From NCBI GenBank assembly GCA_045627705.1, contig JAZQOE010000124.1, positions 17,865-81,864 of the forward strand: a DNA stretch of 64,000 bases, in the 5' to 3' direction. Made by a program: the position numbers and the translations under genes. This document shows, one piece after another, positions 34,301-43,218 of the stretch (within the stretch, counting starts at the first letter, position 1; each line of letters begins with the position of its first letter). The notes beneath the pieces were generated by a model. It searched no databases. It was not told where the DNA came from and worked only from the letters and a program-made list of their open reading frames with translations. This stretch comes from Kiritimatiellia bacterium (GTDB lineage: Bacteria; Verrucomicrobiota; Kiritimatiellia; RFP12; JBMNHG01).

Positions 34301-36370
34301 GGCGATGCGTACATGGTTGACAGCTCAGTCGTCAACAACCGCAACTGGTACAATGGCGGCGCCCTCTGGATCAAGGGCTCCGCCATCGCGGACCGCTGCG
34401 AAATTGCCTACAACTACGGAAGCGCCCAGCACCACTCCGGCGATGGCGGCGCGGGCGTTCGCATGGAGTCCGGCACCGTCCGCAACTGCTTCATCCACCA
34501 CAATGAATCCATCTACCACGCCGGTGGCGGCGTTCGCATAGACAATGGTCTCCTGGAGAACTGCACGATCGTGGCCAACCAGGTCGGCGCGTCCGACAAT
34601 GTGTCCGGCATGGGCGCCGGTGGCGTCCGCCACAACGGCGGCACCGTCCGCAACTGCATAATCTACGGCAACCATGACTATGCCGGAACCCCGTCCGATT
34701 ACGCCGGTACTGGCGGCGCCACCTATTCCTGCGCCCCCGAACTCGTGAGCGGCACGGGCAACATCGCGCTCGATCCGCTGTTTGCCGATGTCGCGTCGGG
34801 CGACTATCGCCCCCAGGCATCGTCGCCATGCGTCGATTCCGGCACGGCCATCGATCCTTCGGTTGCGCTCGACTTCTCTCTTGGCGCGCGCGTTGTCGAT
34901 GGCAACGGCGATGGCACCCCCGCTATCGACATGGGATGCTTCGAGTACGTCCGCGACACCTCGATCTTCGACTGCTCGTTTGTTGTCGAAGGCGACTCCG
35001 CCGCGCTTGGTTCTCTTGACGCATCCTTCACGGCCACGCTCTACGGAAGCTTTGCCGCCACGTCTTCCGTGACTTGCGCCTGGGATTTCGGCGATGGCTC
35101 CGAATTGGTCACCGGCCACAATCTCTTCGAGGTCGGGCACAAGTACGATTCGCTCGGGCTTTTCACGGTGACCCTCTCCGTGGTCAACTCGCTTGGCGAA
35201 TCGGTCTCCTTCGCCCGCCCCGACTGCATCTGCGTCCTTTCCTCCCAAGTCTATGCCGCGACCAATGGCGCCGCGATCTTCCCGTACGCTACTCCCGAAA
35301 CCGCGGCGACCGACCTCGGCGAGGCGTTCAAGGTCGTGCCGCGCGCATTCGACTGCGGCGCCACTTCCGCCGTTGTCTCGATCGGACCCGGCGAATTCAC
35401 GATTTCGTCGGAGTTCGCGCTTGACAAGCCAATCACCGTCATCGGCTCCGGACGCGACGCCACCCACGTGCGGCAGGTCTCCGACGACCAGCGCGTTTTC
35501 GTGATATCCGATCCCGCCGCGATTGTCTCCAGCCTCACGGTCCATGGCAAATATACCCCGAACAACCGCTGGGGCGGCGGTATCCATCTGACTGGCGGCA
35601 TGGCCACCAATGTCGTCGTCACCGGCTGCACAGGCGGCGGCCACGCGATTGGCGGACTCTGCGGTTCGGTCTATCTCGGCGGCAGCAACGCCACCCTCGT
35701 CGATAGCCTTGTCATCAGCAACCGCTATGATTATAACGGCGGCGGCGTCTGGCTTGAGAGCGACAGCGCGCTCGTGGACCGCTGCGAGATCGCATGGAAC
35801 CGCGGTTCGATGCAGCACCACTCCGGCGACGGCGGCGGCGGCGTCCGCATTTGGGTGGGTACCGTCCGCAACTGCCTCATTCACCACAATACGTCCATCT
35901 TCCATCCGGGTGGCGGCGTCCGCAACTATTTCGGCACGCTCGAGAACTGCACCATCGTCGATAACTCCGTCGAACAGAATGGCATCGGCAATGGCGGGGG
36001 CGTCTTCCAGCAGGGCGGTACCGTCCGCAATTGCATCATCGCCGGCAACCGCTGCGACGATACGAACCAGGGCGGCGTCAATGCTGGTCCCGAAGACTAC
36101 CACATGCACGACAGCCAGTATGTAGCCAACACCTGCGCCCCCGAAGTTCCGGAGGAGAACGGCAACATCCGTCTCGCGCCCGTATTCAAGGACGCCGCGA
36201 ATTGCGACTACCACATCGGCTTCTCCAGCCCGACTGTCGGCGCCGGCTCCTTCGTCGAGTGGATGGACGGCGCCGTCGATCTCGATGGCGAAATCCGCGT
36301 CCTCGGCCGTGCGGTTGACATGGGTTGCTACGAGACCCGCCTCCCCGGTACGCTGATCTTCATCAGATAG
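31346..36370 (+). CDS. giant secreted beta-helix protein, paralog 2 (1674 aa). Signal peptide, two PA14-like domains, Ig-like modules, two beta-helix modules ending in DMGCFE/DMGCYE, and a C-terminal LPGTLIFIR.
   Basis: Signal peptide MSFNKSRSCRLFAGAVAALAALLPSVSRG. PA14-like DLLHLGSNFNTDD...QDDDVRVWNNGILAF...IRLDEGTGGDYMAI, duplicated as TMLHLGTIFNQDD...HDDNVRAWNNGSLFY...FKLEEGGGGDYFEV. Beta-helix and choice-of-anchor-Q-like motifs DPLFADVASGDYRPQASSPCVDSG...IDMGCFEY and VDMGCYETRLPGTLIFIR at the terminus. Confidence 0.8.
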   Translation: MSFNKSRSCRLFAGAVAALAALLPSVSRGDVALSGQLPSGYWTDLLHLGSNFNTDDLVQGGDDWLAGWGGQANQHPYPGQKYTDLRTSGSTATPGSLVWTPSSFDGGIWQPSNRDSYTKFWHVYVIVPGTSPREVYFYTRQDDDVRVWNNGILAFESIGWDNNAEKGPFPAVLVPGQNSITIRLDEGTGGDYMAIRVTDRNNNPYSDLTYSLVPSPEFCDPLAGISGFTSTNAAKVAFLPSLPTATEYQLSLSNDPAELDTNGWLAYTEGLQPDSIIDFPKPATSLASIAIYAWFRTNGDDSTIESVSNSILYNVTPPVAVTKDIVVPINPAAGREILPIEIDAGSHDDFVGVRSMAVSPGKITGSGPVTLTVYNSLGVAGTATAQITAVPAEGPLPHGNWTTMLHLGTIFNQDDLSNSGGIDADHLESYGGQANQKPYHGLTYDGLPTALHGTAPLTWTASYDSDGHWEPSGRDNYIKYWHVYLNVPGPTNRTARFNFLHDDNVRAWNNGSLFYSRNYDGAWHSVDTPLVPGLNSITFKLEEGGGGDYFEVNMTDTAGNFMDDVTFQLDPTEFKIENPITGSVDFLGTNALRVAKMPRDPGATAYQLTLSGDEASIDSDNWLEYFPGMTPSDLFSFAEPAADGPITIHAWMRSSIGTNHYEGPSITYTHDVPIVKVKPADLDIDPVNGTTVLPSDIDDGTSDPVSGIYSLSVVPPVIYEPTDVTLVAMNNAGLVSTATTSVAPSFWAALDVVGDDTAYSTLEASFQAVAYGSPAATATVFCSWNFGDGSAAVEGQDLFSTTHLYDRPGAFDVSLTMTSALGDVSVTNIVKAIKILGDRFVASADAGAGVYPYTDETLASSDIAAVVAAAQQASAAGAEGVVVEVGPGSYDLTTQIDLVEPITLLGVAGPADTHLRQTVDQLCVVTVSTNATVAGLTLHGKFISNDNRVGGGIRMTSGVATNIVVTDCTGGGHAIGPLYGSAYLDGDAYMVDSSVVNNRNWYNGGALWIKGSAIADRCEIAYNYGSAQHHSGDGGAGVRMESGTVRNCFIHHNESIYHAGGGVRIDNGLLENCTIVANQVGASDNVSGMGAGGVRHNGGTVRNCIIYGNHDYAGTPSDYAGTGGATYSCAPELVSGTGNIALDPLFADVASGDYRPQASSPCVDSGTAIDPSVALDFSLGARVVDGNGDGTPAIDMGCFEYVRDTSIFDCSFVVEGDSAALGSLDASFTATLYGSFAATSSVTCAWDFGDGSELVTGHNLFEVGHKYDSLGLFTVTLSVVNSLGESVSFARPDCICVLSSQVYAATNGAAIFPYATPETAATDLGEAFKVVPRAFDCGATSAVVSIGPGEFTISSEFALDKPITVIGSGRDATHVRQVSDDQRVFVISDPAAIVSSLTVHGKYTPNNRWGGGIHLTGGMATNVVVTGCTGGGHAIGGLCGSVYLGGSNATLVDSLVISNRYDYNGGGVWLESDSALVDRCEIAWNRGSMQHHSGDGGGGVRIWVGTVRNCLIHHNTSIFHPGGGVRNYFGTLENCTIVDNSVEQNGIGNGGGVFQQGGTVRNCIIAGNRCDDTNQGGVNAGPEDYHMHDSQYVANTCAPEVPEENGNIRLAPVFKDAANCDYHIGFSSPTVGAGSFVEWMDGAVDLDGEIRVLGRAVDMGCYETRLPGTLIFIR

Positions 36371-36392
36371 CCGGTTCCCGGTCGCAAAAAAA

Positions 36393-36439
36393 CGGAGCGC
36401 CGCGAAATGCCCCCGCATTTTCGCGGCGCGCCGTTTTTT
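36393..36439 (+). terminator. rho-independent terminator of giant gene 2 (built from the dispersed palindromic motif)
   Basis: aaaaaaacggagcgccgcgaaatgc-cccc-gcattttcgcggcgcgccg followed by tttttt. Confidence 0.7.
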
Positions 36440-36467
36440 CTTCGCTCGCCAGCGCAATCTTTTCCGC

Positions 36468-36496
36468 TTGATTTAAATAATGATACCATCTATACT
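36468..36496 (+). promoter_or_regulatory. candidate sigma70 promoter of giant gene 3 (TTGATT-N17-TATACT)
   Basis: cttgatttaaataatgataccatctatact. RBS caGGAGaacagctATG. Confidence 0.4.
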
Positions 36497-36541
36497 TGCG
36501 CTAATTGATGGCTTGGGTTCATCAATGTCAGGAGAACAGCT

Positions 36542-39500
36542 ATGTCCATGCGTTTCGTTTCGCAAGTGCTCGCGGCGGCGGCCGCTGGCCTTTTCCTTTG
36601 TGCGTCGGCCAAGGCCGATGTCGCGATGACCGGTCCTCTGCCCAATGGGTACTGGACGGACCTCCTCCATCTGGGAGCCAACTTCCAGACCGATATGTTT
36701 ACCTCCAATGGCCCCAACCTTGATACCGACCTTCTTTCTGGTTATGGCGGTGAAGCCAACCAGGAACCTAGCGACGGCCTTGTCTATGCCGGCCTATCGA
36801 GTGTCAAGAGCACATCGCAGGAGCCGAGCGGCCAGCTTACCTGGACGGCGATGCACGATTCCGATGGCATTTGGCAGCCTAGCAATGTCGATAATTACAT
36901 CAAATACTGGCACACATATCTGATTGTTCCAGGCGCCACGGCCCGCGGCGCCAAGATCTACACTCGCCAGGATGACGACCTCCGCATCTGGATCAACGGC
37001 GCAGTTGCCGTCAACAGCCCCGGTTATTCCGACAACGAGAAGGGCCCGTTCGATATTACCCTCCAGCCGGGCATGAATTCGGTTACCATCAAGCTCGTAG
37101 AGGGTGGCGGCGGCGACTACATGGCCGTCCGGATGACCGATACAAATGGCCAGTATTTCGATGATATCACATACGCGTTGTTTCCCGCGAAGCTGACGCT
37201 CGTCAACCCTGTCACCGGCAGCGAAGGCTACATCTCCGGCGATAGCGTCAAGATCTCCAGGTTCCCGTCTGTCGCCGACGCGGTTTCCTACCAGTTCACG
37301 CTTTCCGACGATCCATCGTCCGTTTCCGGCGCCGCGTGGAAGCCGTATGTGAATGGCATGATCCCCGAAGACGAAGTCTCCATCACTCCGCCGGCGGCAA
37401 GCGGCGATGAGGTCACGGTCTATGCGTGGTTCCTCCATTCCGACGGCACCCTTTCCTGCGATTCGGATTCAATCGTCTGGACATCCGCCGCCCCGACGGC
37501 AAAGGCCAAGGCATCGCTCTCGATCCCTATCAATGTCACGGCCGGCACTGTCATTGCGCCCGAACTGGTGGATGACGGCTCCGAAAGCGGCGACATCGGC
37601 ATCTACTCGGTGTCTGTCTCCCCGGACCGCATCTACGGCGACACTGATGTGACGCTCACGGTCATGAACAACGCCGGCGTCATCGCCACCGATACCGTGA
37701 GGGTCTCCCTCTCTTCCAAGCTCGACATCCATGTTTCGAACAGTGGCGACGACACCACCGGCGACGGCACGGTCGGCAACCCATACGCCACGATCCAGAA
37801 GGCGGTCTCCGTGGTTGCGGACGGCGGGGCGATCTACCTGGCCTCCGGCACCTACTTCGACGGAGAGTCGTATCCCTACGCCGTTTCAGGCATCTCCATC
37901 TGCAAGGAACCCGGCGACGCCGGCACTGCCATCCTCGATGGCGGCAACGCTTCCGGCAATCTCTTCACCGTGTCTTCCGGCTCGCTCGCCCTTGTCGACC
38001 TCGTTATGATGGGCACGACCGACGAACTCGTCTTCGCCACGCAATCCGCCCTCGCCGTCACAAACTGCGTCTTCACCCAGACCCAGCAGAACCGCGTTGG
38101 CTATAAGACGGGCGCCATCGAGCTGAACACGCATTCCTCCCTCGACGCATTCGGCTCCACCTTCCGCGACATGACCGTGACGGCAGTGATCCGCCTGTCC
38201 GGCAGCAATTCGGAAGGCAGCGTTGTCACCCTGCGCAACTGCCTGTTCGAGAACAACGCTGTCGGTTGCGACCTCGGCAGCAACAACCATGAGGGCAGCC
38301 TGATCTATACCCGCGTCAATGGCGGCTCGGCCTTCAACTTCTACGACACGGTCTTCCGCAACAACTCCACGTATGATTGGGGAGTACACGACGCATACAT
38401 GTCCCCGATCGTCTATTCGGACTTCACGCCCCTGGACATCGACCGCTGCCAGTTCATCGGCAACAGCGGCGGCAACCTGATCGGCATCTGCTACGCCAAC
38501 GGCGACGTCCGCAACTCGCTCTTCGTCGAAAATCGCACGCCTTACTCCATCGCGCACGGCTATTCCTCCACCGTCTCGTTCCGCAACTGCACCTTCGTGC
38601 GTGGCACGGGCGGTTTCACCGGCTACAGGGCCCATTCCGAACTCTACAACTGCATCCTCTACGGGCTGGACCACTTGAACCATCGGGATCCGCATGGTGC
38701 CAGTGCCGATTATCTGACGCTCCATGATTCCTTCATCTACGGCATCGACATGGCTTCCAGCGCCGAGCTCGGCTACTTTATCGGCGGCAGCTCGAATGTG
38801 ACGATCGGCACCGACCCGCTGCTCGCCAATGTGGACGTCCTTCCGTCCGACGCCGGCTTCGATGCCCGCCCGCTTCCCTACAGCCCCGTGATCGACGCCG
38901 GCGACAACTCCGCCATCCGCGCCAGCGCGACCGATCTCGCCGGCAGCCCCCGCGTGGCCAACAACTCGGACGCCTCCTCCGCGACAGTCGATCTCGGATG
39001 CTACGAATCGCTCTTCCACGCCGCCATCCAGCCGACCTTCCAGTTCCCGGTCCCCGGATCGCTCAGCGGCTACCGCGGCGTGACATACCAGGTTCCTGTC
39101 ACCATTTCCCCAGCCGTTTCCGGTTCCGTCTCCGCCCAGATCAGCTACGGCGAGGGCGTGACCGGTCCCGCCACCCTTGAGTTCCCCAATGGCGCAGGTC
39201 CCGTCACCCTCGAGCTCGAACTCCTCTCCGGCGACGCCACTTCCGCTCGCGTCACCATCACCGAAAGCGGCATCTCCCAGGGTGTGCTTCCCGGCAGATT
39301 CGATGTGTTCATGGACGACATCGTGATCACCGTTGGCGGCGTGACGAACATCTACGTCCGCGAAGGCACCAGCTTTGACATTCCGGTCTCCCTCGCCCTC
39401 GAGGGCGCAGTCGCCCCTGGCGACGTAGCCTTCGCGATCGACTCGGTTTCGGGATCCGGTACCAGCCAGGCCTCATGGATCGGCGGCGAAGCCGTGGTTC

Positions 39501-42500
39501 CCGCAGGCGCACACAGTTCGACCGGCTCCATCCATATCGAGGCCGGCAGCGGCATCAACGAAATCGTCCTTACCTCCGGCGCGACCTTCGCCGAGACCGG
39601 CACCGGGACAGTCGCGCTACGCGTCATCGCCTATCCCGGCTTCCTCGTGGTGGATCCGGAGAATGGCGATGACGATGCGAGCGGCACCATCGGAAATCCG
39701 ATGCGCACTATCGACCGTGCTCTGTCGGTACTTTCCGCGGGCGATGAAATCCACCTGCTTCCGGGCACTTACAATGCTTCCAACGTGGCATTCCCCATTG
39801 AGCCAGGCACGATCGCCCTCGTAGGCTGCGACTCTACCGGCGCTCTCGCCGAAGACAGCTCGCTGTGCGTCATCGATGGCGCGAACGCCGTGAAGAACCT
39901 CGTGAAGTATGTCGGAGTCTCCGGTTCCTCCACCGGCCGCATCGCGAACGTGTGGCTGCGCAATTCCATGGAGGAAGCAGTCTATTGCGAAGACTCCGAT
40001 GTCGTCGTGAGCAACGACTTCTTCACGCAGTCCGCCCCCAAGGGCGAGAATGGCGGCGCCCTCCGCGTCCACAATATCAGCCATGTCGAAGCCGATGATT
40101 GCTGCTTCAGTGGCATGGTCCGCCGCGCCGTCGTCAATTGCACGGCGGTTGACTCATCGGCCGCAAAGAGTTTCACGGCGCGCCGCTCGGTCTTCATCGA
40201 CAACACGAACTACCAGGCTTCGATCGGGGCGAACGATGGCGGTCCGTTTACAATCACCGTCGAGGATTCCGACTTCATCCGCAACTGCGGCAATGCCAAT
40301 ACGGGCGTCCATGACGCCTACGCTTCCGCCGTCGCTTATGTCAACAACGACCACCTGATCATGGATCGCTGCCGCTTCTTCGGCAACACCGGCAACCATA
40401 TAATCGGCCAGGAATACATGGGCAACTACACCTGCCGTATTTCGAACTCGCTGTTCGTCGAGAATAACAACAACAAGTCCGCCTTCCACGGCTATTCCGG
40501 TCACATCGAGATCCACAACTGCACCTTCCTGCGCAACTCCGGCGGCTATGCCGGCCGCATTATCACGACGGCCATATACAATGGCATTTTCGTTGATGAT
40601 GGCGCACTTTCCAAGGCCGATACGGGAGATGGCGATGAATCCTCGAGAATCCAGCTCCACGACTGCATTGTCCACAATATTACCGGGGGCCAGAGATTCA
40701 ACGCCGCCGCCAGCACCGGCGTCGTGGATGTCGAACCCAAGCTGGCGAACGCTGGAGTCGCATGGGACGCCGAAGGCTTTGACGCCCGCCCGCTTCCCTA
40801 CAGCCCTGCAATCGATGCGGGCGACAACGCCTTCGTCCAGGGCGAGTACGACCTTGCCGGCAATCCCCGCATTGCCGACAACACGGATTCCGGCTCCGCT
40901 GTCGTGGATTTCGGCTGCTACGAGTCGCTTTTCCATGCGGAAGTTGAGCCGACCTTCCGCGTTCCGCTGCAAGGCTCCATCGCCGGCTACCGCGGCGTGA
41001 CTTACTCGATCCCGATATCTATCGCCCCCGCCGTGTCCGGTCCCGTCGAGGCGGTTGTCACATACGGTCCCGGCCTTGCCGGCCCGGAGACACTCTCCTT
41101 TGAGGATGGCGCCGATACAGTTATCCTCGCGCTCGAGGTGCTCGATTCCGATGCGACCTTTGCGCAGGTCGTCATCAGCGAGTCTGGCACCGAGCACGGC
41201 ATCCTCGATGGCGTCTATGACATCTTCATGGATGATCTGGTCGTGTCTGTTGAAGGAAAGTTGAACTTCTTCGTCCGCGGAGGAGCCGAGATTGACATCC
41301 CGTTCTCCCTGGCGCTTGATGGCGCTGTCGCCCCCGGTGACGTTGCGTTCACGGTTTCGGCGATCCAGGGCGATGGTACCAGCACGGCCGAATGGGTCGG
41401 CGGCGAACCGCTTATCCCCTCCGGCTATCACAGCTCGACTGGCGCAATCCACGTGGTTGGCGGGTCCGGGCTGAACACCGTGCGAGTCACAACCTCCGCT
41501 TCCGCCTTCGCCGAAACGGATCAGCCGATTGCCGATATCGGGATCGTAGCCCACCCTGGCTACCTCTATGTCGATCCCGTGAACGGAAGCAATGCGAATA
41601 TCGGTTCGCTGGAGCAGCCCCTCGCGACCATCGGCTTCGCGCTCTCCGTGCTAAACGCTGGCGACGAGGTCAGGCTGCTTCCCGGCACCTACTCGGCCGC
41701 CGCCGAAGCCTTCCCGTACCAGCCCGGCATGATTCGGATTGTCGGTTGCGATGCGACTGGCGCTCCCGCCGAAGATCCATCGCTGTGCGTGATCGATGGC
41801 GGCAATGCCGTTGCAAGCCTCTTCCGCTACGAGCTCGTTTCCGGTGATATGGCTGGGCATATCGCGAATGTCTGGTTGCGCGAATCCATCTCCCAGGCCA
41901 TCTACTGCATTGATTCCGATCTCGTGGTAAGCAACGCCTTCTTCACGCAGGGCGTCGGCAACCTCGACGAGTGCGGTGGCATCCGTGCCCACAATGTCTG
42001 CAATACCGAAATGATCGACTGCTGCTTCAGCGGTATGGTGCGCCGCGCCGCGGTCCAGTGTTCCTCCGATGGCGGTACCGGCCCACTGGTTGTCCGTAAC
42101 TGCCAGTTCATCGACAACACGCTGGGTTACGCCTCCGTCGCGTACTACGACGGTGGCAATCGCGGGTTCTCGGCCACGCTTGTCGATTGCGATTTCATCC
42201 GCAATGTCGGCCAGCCCGGCCGCGGTCTCCCCGACTGCTCCGCCTGCGCAGCCGCCTATGTGAACGACAACGCCCTGTACATCGATCGCTGCCGCTTCCT
42301 CGGCAACGGCGGCAACCAGGTGATTGGCGGACGCAACACGCCGTGTTCCATCGCGAACTCGCTCTTCGCCGGCAATAACACGACGGACAGCAACTTCAAG
42401 GGCTGGAACACCAGGCCGCCTGTCGTGAACTGCACATTCGTCGGCAACAGCGGCGGCTACGATGGCTACGGCTTCAGCCCATACTTCCGCAACTGCGTGT

Positions 42501-42877
42501 TCTACAAGGATGGCGCAATCAGCAAGGATAGCAACGATAGCGGTCACTCCTACATCCGCGACTCGCTGGTCTTCGGCGATCCGGTCGAGGGCGACCTCGG
42601 CTATGTCGAGGAAGCCGTCGGAACGGTTGTGACCGGCGTTGACCCGCTCCTCAAGAACGCGGATGTCGCCTGGGATGCCGAAGGCTTCGACGCCCATCTG
42701 AAGAATAACAGCCCGGCTATCGATGCCGGCAACGTCGATCTGGTCTCCGGCGATCTCGACCTCGATGGCACCGCCCGCCTGAAGTATGGCCACACGAAGA
42801 AGTTTGGCCTCAAGGTCGATTTTGGATGCTACGAAGCCACCGTCCCCGCCGCCGGCACGCTTATCTTCCTCAAGTAG
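36542..42877 (+). CDS. giant secreted beta-helix protein, paralog 3 (2111 aa). Signal peptide, PA14-like domain, Ig-like modules, three beta-helix modules (two forming a tandem ~640-aa duplication), and C-terminal ...AAGTLIFLK.
   Basis: Signal peptide MSMRFVSQVLAAAAAGLFLCASAKA. PA14-like DLLHLGANFQTD...QDDDLRIWINGAVAV...IKLVEGGGGDYMAV. Repeated module boundaries VDLGCYESLFHAAIQPTFQFPVPG (~38990) and VDFGCYESLFHAEVEPTFRVPLQG (~40905). Terminal VDFGCYEATVPAAGTLIFLK. Confidence 0.8.
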   Translation: MSMRFVSQVLAAAAAGLFLCASAKADVAMTGPLPNGYWTDLLHLGANFQTDMFTSNGPNLDTDLLSGYGGEANQEPSDGLVYAGLSSVKSTSQEPSGQLTWTAMHDSDGIWQPSNVDNYIKYWHTYLIVPGATARGAKIYTRQDDDLRIWINGAVAVNSPGYSDNEKGPFDITLQPGMNSVTIKLVEGGGGDYMAVRMTDTNGQYFDDITYALFPAKLTLVNPVTGSEGYISGDSVKISRFPSVADAVSYQFTLSDDPSSVSGAAWKPYVNGMIPEDEVSITPPAASGDEVTVYAWFLHSDGTLSCDSDSIVWTSAAPTAKAKASLSIPINVTAGTVIAPELVDDGSESGDIGIYSVSVSPDRIYGDTDVTLTVMNNAGVIATDTVRVSLSSKLDIHVSNSGDDTTGDGTVGNPYATIQKAVSVVADGGAIYLASGTYFDGESYPYAVSGISICKEPGDAGTAILDGGNASGNLFTVSSGSLALVDLVMMGTTDELVFATQSALAVTNCVFTQTQQNRVGYKTGAIELNTHSSLDAFGSTFRDMTVTAVIRLSGSNSEGSVVTLRNCLFENNAVGCDLGSNNHEGSLIYTRVNGGSAFNFYDTVFRNNSTYDWGVHDAYMSPIVYSDFTPLDIDRCQFIGNSGGNLIGICYANGDVRNSLFVENRTPYSIAHGYSSTVSFRNCTFVRGTGGFTGYRAHSELYNCILYGLDHLNHRDPHGASADYLTLHDSFIYGIDMASSAELGYFIGGSSNVTIGTDPLLANVDVLPSDAGFDARPLPYSPVIDAGDNSAIRASATDLAGSPRVANNSDASSATVDLGCYESLFHAAIQPTFQFPVPGSLSGYRGVTYQVPVTISPAVSGSVSAQISYGEGVTGPATLEFPNGAGPVTLELELLSGDATSARVTITESGISQGVLPGRFDVFMDDIVITVGGVTNIYVREGTSFDIPVSLALEGAVAPGDVAFAIDSVSGSGTSQASWIGGEAVVPAGAHSSTGSIHIEAGSGINEIVLTSGATFAETGTGTVALRVIAYPGFLVVDPENGDDDASGTIGNPMRTIDRALSVLSAGDEIHLLPGTYNASNVAFPIEPGTIALVGCDSTGALAEDSSLCVIDGANAVKNLVKYVGVSGSSTGRIANVWLRNSMEEAVYCEDSDVVVSNDFFTQSAPKGENGGALRVHNISHVEADDCCFSGMVRRAVVNCTAVDSSAAKSFTARRSVFIDNTNYQASIGANDGGPFTITVEDSDFIRNCGNANTGVHDAYASAVAYVNNDHLIMDRCRFFGNTGNHIIGQEYMGNYTCRISNSLFVENNNNKSAFHGYSGHIEIHNCTFLRNSGGYAGRIITTAIYNGIFVDDGALSKADTGDGDESSRIQLHDCIVHNITGGQRFNAAASTGVVDVEPKLANAGVAWDAEGFDARPLPYSPAIDAGDNAFVQGEYDLAGNPRIADNTDSGSAVVDFGCYESLFHAEVEPTFRVPLQGSIAGYRGVTYSIPISIAPAVSGPVEAVVTYGPGLAGPETLSFEDGADTVILALEVLDSDATFAQVVISESGTEHGILDGVYDIFMDDLVVSVEGKLNFFVRGGAEIDIPFSLALDGAVAPGDVAFTVSAIQGDGTSTAEWVGGEPLIPSGYHSSTGAIHVVGGSGLNTVRVTTSASAFAETDQPIADIGIVAHPGYLYVDPVNGSNANIGSLEQPLATIGFALSVLNAGDEVRLLPGTYSAAAEAFPYQPGMIRIVGCDATGAPAEDPSLCVIDGGNAVASLFRYELVSGDMAGHIANVWLRESISQAIYCIDSDLVVSNAFFTQGVGNLDECGGIRAHNVCNTEMIDCCFSGMVRRAAVQCSSDGGTGPLVVRNCQFIDNTLGYASVAYYDGGNRGFSATLVDCDFIRNVGQPGRGLPDCSACAAAYVNDNALYIDRCRFLGNGGNQVIGGRNTPCSIANSLFAGNNTTDSNFKGWNTRPPVVNCTFVGNSGGYDGYGFSPYFRNCVFYKDGAISKDSNDSGHSYIRDSLVFGDPVEGDLGYVEEAVGTVVTGVDPLLKNADVAWDAEGFDAHLKNNSPAIDAGNVDLVSGDLDLDGTARLKYGHTKKFGLKVDFGCYEATVPAAGTLIFLK

Positions 42878-42904
42878 CAATCCATCGCCAACCTAAAATA
42901 ATCG

Positions 42905-42947
42905 GTGCGCCGCGGAATGCCCAACATTCCGCGGCGCACTGTTTTCG
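42905..42947 (+). terminator. rho-independent terminator of giant gene 3
   Basis: gtgcgccgcggaatg-cccaa-cattccgcggcgcac followed by tgttttcg. Confidence 0.7.
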
Positions 42948-42986
42948 TATGTCTCCGATTTCGCATATATTTATGTCATTTCAACA

Positions 42987-43009
42987 CTTAAATAGTCTGT
43001 CCCTTTAAG
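42987..43009 (+). repeat. solo copy of the 23-bp REP-like palindrome, ~210 bp upstream of carB
   Basis: cttaaatagtctgtccctttaag is identical to the copies at 52594 and 53708. Confidence 0.6.
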
Positions 43010-43133
43010 CAGATTGTCGGCTGGATGGACATTCGGTTGAGGTTCAAAAATTGAAAAGGAATCATGAATCAAGTTGCCGTGGGGGCGGGTCTGTGGCAAA
43101 ATGGAATTCCGTGCGGATGCGTGTCCCCCGTGG

Positions 43134-43176
43134 CATTTCGCGGCGCGCCGCTTGTTTTTGCGGCGCGCCGTTTTTG
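43134..43176. repeat. tandem pair of the dispersed palindromic motif in the carB 5' region
   Basis: catttcgcggcgcgccgcttgttttt then tgcggcgcgccgtttttg. The left arm is a degenerate copy of the terminator-type element (gtgtcccccgtggcatttcgcgg). Confidence 0.5.
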
Positions 43177-43218
43177 TGCGCTCACCACTGGAACCCCTCA
43201 ACCGCGGAAAGGTCTTGC

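Noticed and set aside
33167-36457. Minus-strand ORFs 33167..34264 and 34325..36457 (365 and 710 aa) inside giant gene 2
   Set aside because: Antisense shadow ORFs. Low-complexity G/D/A/R-rich translations. The plus strand carries the conserved paralogous protein.
37886-42880. Minus-strand ORFs 37886..39019, 39617..40084, 40154..41554 and 41651..42880 inside giant gene 3
   Set aside because: Same reasoning: antisense to a coherent 2111-aa protein, with no motifs.
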